Assembly (NCBI GenBank): GCA_965246715.1
Contig: CBDFFH010000043.1
Location: 1-64,000 of the forward strand
From: Chamaesiphon sp.
Lineage (GTDB): Bacteria > Cyanobacteriota > Cyanobacteriia > Cyanobacteriales > Chamaesiphonaceae
Length of the DNA stretch: 64,000 bases
Direction of reading: 5' to 3'
Numbering within the stretch: position 1 is the first letter of the stretch; each line of letters begins with the position of its first letter. The notes under the pieces were generated by a model, which was not told where the DNA came from, ran no database searches, and saw nothing but the letters and a program-made list of their open reading frames with translations. Shown here one piece after another: positions 57,794 through 64,000 of the stretch. The position numbers and the translations under genes are program-made.

Positions 57794-57919
57794 CAGCAGA
57801 TCGTCTAGTTAGTAGGACGCTGGTAAGATCCCTATTCGCTTGTTTGCCTGTAAAGGACGTAGAACTTAGGGTTATCGTTATCCAAACCAAAAACGTGGGT
57901 GCAATTCCTACTCTGCTGA
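57794..57919 (+). ncRNA. tRNA-shaped RNA 4 (Y-RNA/YrlA-like)
   Basis: Acceptor CAGCAGA/TCTGCTG and T arm GTGGG-TGCAATT-CCTAC. Insert CCCTATTCGCT..CCT-GTAA-AGG-ACG..GAACTTAGGGTTATCG. Confidence 0.85.
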
Positions 57920-57935
57920 ATAATACAAAATCTTC

Positions 57936-57951
57936 TTGCCTGAAAAGGACG
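57936..57951 (+). promoter_or_regulatory. Putative translational operator: copy of the ncRNA tetraloop motif overlapping the Shine-Dalgarno sequence
   Basis: TTGCCTGAAAAGGACG matches RNA 4 TTGCCTGTAAAGGACG (57844-57859) at 15 of 16 positions. It contains AAGGA and ends 8 nt before the ATG at 57960. Confidence 0.6.
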
Positions 57952-57959
57952 CATCAATC

Positions 57960-59555
57960 ATGACTACCACAACTACAACTTATTATTCAATTAACTGGGA
58001 AGAATCCTTCGATCGCTATATCGATCGAGTTGGCAAAATATTTTATCAAACTGTTACTGAAGGTTCCCAATTATTTATCGCAGACACTCACAATCTGTTC
58101 GAGCTGTATCTAAATTCATTTCCACAAATCGATCGACAGTTTCATAACTGTAACGCTTGTAGACGATTTATCGAGACTTATGGATCGATCGTGACAATCT
58201 CAAAAAATGGCGATCGATCTTCGCCGATTTGGGAAACAGTTGTCGCCCCACATCGATATGTGAAAGCTGTTGAAAGCATGGTGAGTGCGATCGAACAGGC
58301 ACCGATTAAAGGGGTATTTCTGTCGGCGAAGGCAGATTTAGGTTTGCGGCAAACGGGCGAATGGAGTCATTACGCACTCCAGCTACCACCAACTAGTATT
58401 TGTAACCATCCCACCCAGTCCGCTGCCCAGGTGACAGCTGAGAAATTGGAAGACTTTCGGATGTTGCAGCGGTACTTGGCGACATATAGCGAAGCGACGA
58501 TTGCCCAAGCACTAACCTTACTCAACTCCGATGCTCTATATCGTAGCGAAGCTTGTTTGGGGCGCGCACAGTGGCACTATGCCCTCAAACAGCAGATCGC
58601 TAGAGCTAAATCCGATCGAGTCAAAGATAACTTCGTCTGGCTGGCGGTAGCGACGGCACCCCCTGGATTCTGTCATATCGGCGGATCGATGTTGGGGACA
58701 CTACTCGATGACATTCAATCTGGGATGGATTTTAAGTCTGTATCCCGCCGCTTTGCTGACAAGATGCGCCCCGATCGATATTTGCGACCGACTGCCGCAC
58801 CGACTCAAGGAAATATCGATCGAGCCGAACGGCTGATCGCGCAATTGGGGATTGGTTCGGCGCTCCGGCGACGGTACGCACGGATCGAAGAACTCGATCT
58901 GATGTGGTTGTCCAAATCAGCACCCCCCGCGACTCCAGTTGCCGGAATCTTCGGACACCTGCGAGCGCAGACCAAAAATTCGACAGTCAGTAATAGCGAC
59001 AGTCCGCCGATAACGATAACCTTTGAGAAATTTGCGCGCAAAGTATTGCCAGACGCAGTAGAAATTGAATATTACCTGACGAATACTCTCCAGAGTTTTG
59101 CAGGTATCCTCACCGCTGCTGTCGCTGACGCGCCGCATATTTTCCAATGGGATAACCCCTTCTCTTGGTATGTCTGGATTGGTGGTTCGCTGCCCAAAGC
59201 TTGGAAATTGCCCAATCAGGGTTGGCATCAGGTAACGGGGATTACCTCTCAACCTTCGATGTGGGGTAAGCCACTATCGCATAAAGAACAAGGCGCGATT
59301 TTTATCCTCGCAGGTGCCAGAGAAACCAACGAAAATCGCGGTCTGGCACTATTTCCCGAATTTCTCAATGCCAATCTCCACGAGATTCGATCGACGATCG
59401 AAGCCCATTCCAAGAGCGGTAAATCCGAATATCCCGAAGCTGGAACCGCAAATGGCATCATGCTTGGCAGTGGTAACACTTTCGGCACGAATTACAAGTT
59501 TCGCGTTCGCACTGCCATCGGTACTACGATCTATCAGATCGATCGGTGGGACTAG
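57960..59555 (+). CDS. Uncharacterised ~531-aa soluble protein with an N-terminal HNCxxC motif
   Basis: Long ORF with LFELYLNSFP..RQFHNCNACRRFI and C-terminal LFPEFL..LHEIRSTIEAHS..IDRWD. An SD sequence precedes the ATG at 57960. I cannot assign a function. Confidence 0.85.
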   Translation: MTTTTTTYYSINWEESFDRYIDRVGKIFYQTVTEGSQLFIADTHNLFELYLNSFPQIDRQFHNCNACRRFIETYGSIVTISKNGDRSSPIWETVVAPHRYVKAVESMVSAIEQAPIKGVFLSAKADLGLRQTGEWSHYALQLPPTSICNHPTQSAAQVTAEKLEDFRMLQRYLATYSEATIAQALTLLNSDALYRSEACLGRAQWHYALKQQIARAKSDRVKDNFVWLAVATAPPGFCHIGGSMLGTLLDDIQSGMDFKSVSRRFADKMRPDRYLRPTAAPTQGNIDRAERLIAQLGIGSALRRRYARIEELDLMWLSKSAPPATPVAGIFGHLRAQTKNSTVSNSDSPPITITFEKFARKVLPDAVEIEYYLTNTLQSFAGILTAAVADAPHIFQWDNPFSWYVWIGGSLPKAWKLPNQGWHQVTGITSQPSMWGKPLSHKEQGAIFILAGARETNENRGLALFPEFLNANLHEIRSTIEAHSKSGKSEYPEAGTANGIMLGSGNTFGTNYKFRVRTAIGTTIYQIDRWD

Positions 59556-59993
59556 TGCTTCCAGTTGGGCTGCTGGTGGGTGGAACCCGGATCTGGGGGG
59601 TCTCCCCCCAGACCCCCCGTTGGTGGACGACGCGTCCCCCAAACCCCCTCCGAAGGGTCGATCTGGGTGTAGCGCAGCGCGCTACGCATTAGCAAATCCA
59701 GTCGTCGATCTATGTGTAGCGGATGACTAGGAGGGGGAAGTTTGAATGTTTGTTGACCCTCATTCTTATTGGTGTACAGCGGCTTTTAAGGGGAATCCAG
59801 GAAATTTTTGGGGTTTATTACTTGCGATCGCGATTCTCGTCTTCAGAAGCTTTACTACCGCTATATCTACACTTGAGATCTTCAAATCGCTCTATTACCC
59901 ACAGATCGATGACTGGATTTGCTAATGCGCAGCGCGCTGCGCCACACCCAGACCCGGGTTCCACCCACCCACAGCCCAACTGAAAGCACTAGT
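59551..59993. repeat. MITE-like element with ~45-bp terminal inverted repeats
   Basis: ACTAGTGCTTCCAGTTGGGCTGCTGGTGGGTGGAACCCGGATCTGGG at the left end and CCCAGACCCGGGTTCCACCCACCCACAGCCCAACTGAAAGCACTAGT at the right end. Confidence 0.8.
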
Positions 59994-60053
59994 CCAGATT
60001 TCACCCACCAGCAACTAAAAACAAGCACTAGTCCAAATCCAAGGAAACAAACA

Positions 60054-61679
60054 ATGGTTTATCAATTCTTTTTTGGTAACAAACAAATCCAAACCATCCC
60101 CCAAACCCAGCCCATCCCCGGTCGCGAAGCCGAAATGGTCAAAGGTAAATCCAGCGGCTACATGTTCGCAGCCGACACCTGGCAGAGATTGCGACGGTGC
60201 CTGCTCATCGGTACAGCCAACGGTAGCTACTACGCCACCAAATGGGAACTGACCAACGATTTTGTCGATGTCCTAGAAACAGCAATTAAAGAAGATCCCG
60301 ATCGCGTCGCCGCAGAAATAGTTTACGCCTCCGATGGTCGCGCGATCGACAACAGCACCTCGATCTGGGCATTGGTACTATTATCGATGGATGAAAGTAA
60401 TGCTGCGAAAACAGCATTCCAGAAGATCTTCCCCCAAGTCGTACGAACAGCCAGCCACTTCTACGAATGGATGAGCTACACCAAATCCGTTCGTGGTTTC
60501 GGTAAGATCGTGCGCGAAGCGGGTAAAAATTGGCTTGCACAAGGAGATACCAAAGCACTTGCTTATCAGTTGCTCAAATATCAACAACGTCACGGTTTCT
60601 CCAATCGCGACGCGCTGAGATTATTCCACGTCAAACCCCAAACCGAAGACCGCGATTGGCTGTTTAAATGGGTTATCAATGGGTGGGAAACGTTGCCAGA
60701 AAAACCCCCAGCAGAGGCATTAACCCAGATCTGGTGGTATGAATGGTTGAAACGCAATCCCAACTCTACTAGAGAGGCAATTACTCAAGGTCGCCTGACT
60801 CATGAAATGGCCGCTCCTGTAGGTAAAATGGATCGCGATGCTTGGCAGCTATTATTTGAAGATATGCCGATCGGTGCTCTATTACGAAATCTCGGTTCCT
60901 TAACTGAAATTGGCGTATTGGCACACGTTAAAGGGCAAAAGTCAGTTAATAAAAATCTCGATCGTGTCGCGAATATTCTGACTGACAAAGAACGCTTGAA
61001 AAAAGGCCGCATTCACCCGATCGATATTCTCAAAGCACTCAAAACCTATAAATCTGGAGGGAAGCTTGGTAAAAGTACCAAAACTTGGACTCCGACACCG
61101 CGAATTATCGATATTCTCGACAAAGCGCTGGAATTATCATTCGAGGCGATCGCGCCGACAGGTAAAGTGTTTATGCACGCTGTCGATATTTCTGGTTCGA
61201 TGTCTTCTTACACTGTGAGTTCGATTAACCTCACCTGTTGCGAAATTGCTACCACGATGGCATTAGCTAGTGCAAAAGCCGAACGTAATTATATGATTCG
61301 TGGTTTCTCTACCAAGTTTATCGATTTGGGCATCGATCGAAGCGACTCATTTAGTTCGGCAATTAAAAAAGCCAGCAACCAAAATTTCGGCGGTACCGAT
61401 GCTAGCTTGGCTTTCGACTGGATGATAAAACACAACTTTTATGCTGATGTTATCTGTTTATGGACGGATTGCGAGAGCTGGGCGGGATCGAAACACCCGA
61501 CTCAAGCTTTAGCTGAATATCGTCAAAAAGTGAATCCTGATGCCAAAGCAATTTACATTTCTTTGGTGCCTAACAATATTACTCTCGTCGATCCGAAAGA
61601 TCCTAATTCTTGGGATATTGCGGGTTTCGATCCCAGTACTCCTAGATTGATTCAATCGATCGCCAGCGGCGAAATCTAG
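60054..61679 (+). CDS. rsr: Ro60/Rsr-like TROVE + vWA RNA-binding protein
   Basis: LRRCLLIGTANGSYYA, YQLLKYQQRHGFSNRDALRLFH, ALLRNLGSLT, RIHPIDIL, MIDAS motif AVDISGSM, FGGTDASL and IAGFD. AAGGA SD lies before the ATG at 60054. Confidence 0.94.
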   Translation: MVYQFFFGNKQIQTIPQTQPIPGREAEMVKGKSSGYMFAADTWQRLRRCLLIGTANGSYYATKWELTNDFVDVLETAIKEDPDRVAAEIVYASDGRAIDNSTSIWALVLLSMDESNAAKTAFQKIFPQVVRTASHFYEWMSYTKSVRGFGKIVREAGKNWLAQGDTKALAYQLLKYQQRHGFSNRDALRLFHVKPQTEDRDWLFKWVINGWETLPEKPPAEALTQIWWYEWLKRNPNSTREAITQGRLTHEMAAPVGKMDRDAWQLLFEDMPIGALLRNLGSLTEIGVLAHVKGQKSVNKNLDRVANILTDKERLKKGRIHPIDILKALKTYKSGGKLGKSTKTWTPTPRIIDILDKALELSFEAIAPTGKVFMHAVDISGSMSSYTVSSINLTCCEIATTMALASAKAERNYMIRGFSTKFIDLGIDRSDSFSSAIKKASNQNFGGTDASLAFDWMIKHNFYADVICLWTDCESWAGSKHPTQALAEYRQKVNPDAKAIYISLVPNNITLVDPKDPNSWDIAGFDPSTPRLIQSIASGEI

Positions 61680-61684
61680 CTTTT

Positions 61685-61711
61685 AGAGCCTGTAATTTAC
61701 AGGCTCTTTTT
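61685..61711 (+). terminator. Intrinsic terminator closing the tRNA/Ro60 locus
   Basis: AGAGCCTGTAA-T-TTACAGGCTCT followed by TTTT. Confidence 0.85.
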
Positions 61712-62035
61712 GTGATGTTGTAATTTAGGCGATAATTAAATTGCAAAGTCGATCGACCTTGCTAAAGCCAGCAGCGTTAATCTTAAGTCAAAAAGCTAGA
61801 TTGAGTATCACCTTCTAAATTCAACTGAAAGGGTAGGAGTTTGGGATGAAAATCGAGCGAATGGGATCGATCGGCTGAGTCACTCACCTCGATCGGACTC
61901 CAGCCCTTATAATAAGTAGAGCGATCGATGCTAAACGCCGATGCTCCGCTAGATGTGGGGATCGATCGTCAGCACCAATCCTTAATTTTCAGACCGCACT
62001 CCGTCAGGACAGCCTAGCTATCGCAACAAGAGATT

Positions 62036-63220
62036 ATGGCACAACTCGAAACCAGAACCGAACCGATGGTGCTAAATATGGGGCCGCACCACCCATCGAT
62101 GCACGGGGTTATGCGGCTGATTGTCACCCTCGACGGTGAAGATGTCGTAGATTGCGAACCCGTGATCGGCTATCTCCATCGCGGGATGGAGAAAATCGCC
62201 GAAAACCGCACGAACATCATGTTTGTACCCTACGTGAGCCGTTGGGACTACGCAGCGGGGATGTTTAATGAAGCGGTAACGGTTAACGCTGTCGAGAAAT
62301 TGGCGAATATTGCCATTCCCAAACGCGCGAGCTATATTCGTGTCATCATGCTCGAACTCAATCGGATTGCCAACCATCTCCTGTGGCTCGGCCCATTCAT
62401 GGCTGATGTTGGCGCGCAGACACCATTCTTCTACATCTTCCGCGAACGGGAGATGATTTACGATCTGTGGGAAGCTGCTACAGGCTATCGAATGGTAAAT
62501 AATAACTATTTCCGCATCGGTGGTGTTGCGGTAGATCTACCCTACGGCTGGATCGATAAATGTATCGATTTTTGCGACTACTTCATGCCGAAGGTCGATG
62601 AATATGAGAAACTGATCACCAATAATCCGATTTTCCGTCGCCGGGTAGAAGGGGTGGGGACGATTAGCCGCGAGGAAGCGATTAATTGGGGTCTCTCTGG
62701 CCCGATGTTGCGTGCTTCGGGCGTGAAGTGGGATCTGCGCAAAGTAGACCACTACGAGTGTTATGACGATTTCGATTGGGATGTCCACTCTGAGACGGCG
62801 GGGGACTGTTTGGCACGCTATTTCGTGCGGATTCGCGAAATGCGCGAGTCGATTAAGATTTTACGTCAAGCAATTGCTGGTTTACCTGGTGGTGCCTATG
62901 AAGATCTCGAAGCCAAGCGGCTGGCGGCGGGGCCAAAATCGGAATGGGATGGCATGGATTATCAATATATCGCCAAGAAAGTCGCACCGACGTTCAAAAT
63001 TCCCAAAGGCGAAAACTACGTCCGCGTTGAGAGTGGTAAAGGCGAACTCGGCATCTTCATCATCGGCGATGATAATGTCTTCCCTTGGCGGTGGAAGATT
63101 CGCGCTGCAGACTTTAATAATGTCCAAATTTTACCGCACCTCTTACGTGGGGTAAAAGTTGCCGATATCGTGACGATTTTGGGGAGTGTCGATATTATTA
63201 TGGGTTCGGTCGATCGCTAA
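62036..63220 (+). CDS. ndhH: NAD(P)H-quinone oxidoreductase subunit H
   Basis: [33 protein letters not shown]; 394 aa. Confidence 0.98.
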   Translation: MAQLETRTEPMVLNMGPHHPSMHGVMRLIVTLDGEDVVDCEPVIGYLHRGMEKIAENRTNIMFVPYVSRWDYAAGMFNEAVTVNAVEKLANIAIPKRASYIRVIMLELNRIANHLLWLGPFMADVGAQTPFFYIFREREMIYDLWEAATGYRMVNNNYFRIGGVAVDLPYGWIDKCIDFCDYFMPKVDEYEKLITNNPIFRRRVEGVGTISREEAINWGLSGPMLRASGVKWDLRKVDHYECYDDFDWDVHSETAGDCLARYFVRIREMRESIKILRQAIAGLPGGAYEDLEAKRLAAGPKSEWDGMDYQYIAKKVAPTFKIPKGENYVRVESGKGELGIFIIGDDNVFPWRWKIRAADFNNVQILPHLLRGVKVADIVTILGSVDIIMGSVDR

Positions 63221-63659
63221 TTTAGTGGCTACTGAAAATAGCAGTTACTGTTAATTCATTCCCAGTTATTTAGGGTCTCCCGTTAATAAATATAGGGTAG
63301 AGGGGGGTAAAATGTCGCGATCGCGGAATTTTATCCCCCTATCCAGTATGGATTTTCACCCGCCGATTTCGGGTGACAGCTCGAAAATACAGCAATTCGC
63401 CAAGGGTGTCCGATGAGTTTTATTTGTGACAATCTAAGGCTGTCAATTCCGCTGTCTTGTCTCCCTCAAACGTCGGGAAACCCAATGCCGCTAAATCCGC
63501 CTTGTTAAAGGGGAGTAAGAGTCAAAGGCTCCTTTTGAATAGGGTGGGGATTTAGATGTATGCTGTTCGGATACCTGCTGAGGGCATAATGGGATAAGAG
63601 TAGCCGATCGAGCATTATCATAATGTTCTTAGGCGATCGCCGATAACCATCACATCGCT

Positions 63660-64000
63660 ATGGATAAACTCAATCGCGATCCTCGCATCGCCGCCGTCAT
63701 CTTCGATCTAGATGGCGTAATTACGAATACTGTCTATTTCCATTATCTCTCGTGGCAACGCTTAGCCGATGAAGAGAACATTCCGTTTGACAAAGTGACT
63801 CACGATCGCGAGATGTTGGGGTTAAATCGTGAGGACGCTCTTTGGACTTTATTAGGCGATCGCAACACCAGCCTACCGCAGCAGCAATTGTTATTAAAGC
63901 GGAAAAATGATTATTATTTAGAATCGATCGGCGAACTCAATCGTAACGATCTCTTGCCAGGAATCGGCAATCTCTTGCACGAACTGAGTGCTGCTAATAT
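63660..64000 (+). CDS. HAD-family hydrolase, beta-phosphoglucomutase-like (runs off the window end)
   Basis: MDKLNRDPRIAAVIFDLDGVITNTVYFHYLSWQRLADEE..RKNDYY..LLPGI. Confidence 0.85.
   Translation, partial: MDKLNRDPRIAAVIFDLDGVITNTVYFHYLSWQRLADEENIPFDKVTHDREMLGLNREDALWTLLGDRNTSLPQQQLLLKRKNDYYLESIGELNRNDLLPGIGNLLHELSAAN

Noticed and set aside
56531..57919. Group I or BHB introns in tRNA anticodon loops
   Set aside because: The inserts (~55 nt) are too short for group I introns. I could not find excision points that leave a consistent 7-nt anticodon loop, and three of the four T loops are non-canonical.
59919..60053. N-terminal extension of the Ro60 ORF given in the ORF track
   Set aside because: It lies in MITE sequence; the SD-preceded ATG at 60054 is the better start.
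31359..64000. Giant horizontal transfer of cyanobacterial DNA into a rotifer
   Set aside because: Both junction genes are truncated, and the bacterial half shows no introns, amelioration or eukaryotic insertions. An assembly or concatenation artefact is more parsimonious.

Overview
The window is a composite of two unrelated genomes that join abruptly at about 31,335-31,358. Bases 1-31.3 kb are AT-rich, intron-containing animal DNA with a transposon set typical of bdelloid rotifers. It holds a decayed Helitron with an OTU-like protease, a divergent YPWM-Hox gene whose homeodomain reads WFECRR, and a polycystin-1-like gene broken by a DNA transposon. It also holds a mariner relic, a complete gag-pol-env LTR retroelement inserted in a KCNMB-like gene, and an Athena-type Penelope retroelement. 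Bases 31.36-64 kb are cyanobacterial (rich in GCGATCGC/CGATCG HIP1 sites; Chamaesiphon-like by impression only) and carry hpnH, ado, rimP-nusA, ylxR, dusA, ndhH and others. Two accessory loci stand out. (1) At 34.1-43.6 kb, a HEARO/omega-RNA-like sequence is interrupted by four group II introns nested inside each other at domains V/VI. (2) At 56.5-61.7 kb, a co-oriented locus carries five tRNAs, four tRNA-shaped RNAs with a conserved Y-RNA-like module in place of the anticodon loop, an uncharacterised ~531-aa protein and a Ro60/TROVE gene. A copy of the RNAs' conserved tetraloop motif covers the ribosome-binding site of the uncharacterised gene, which suggests that this protein binds the RNAs and autoregulates. 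This locus is my best candidate for an undescribed system. All calls come from reading the sequence; no searches were run.
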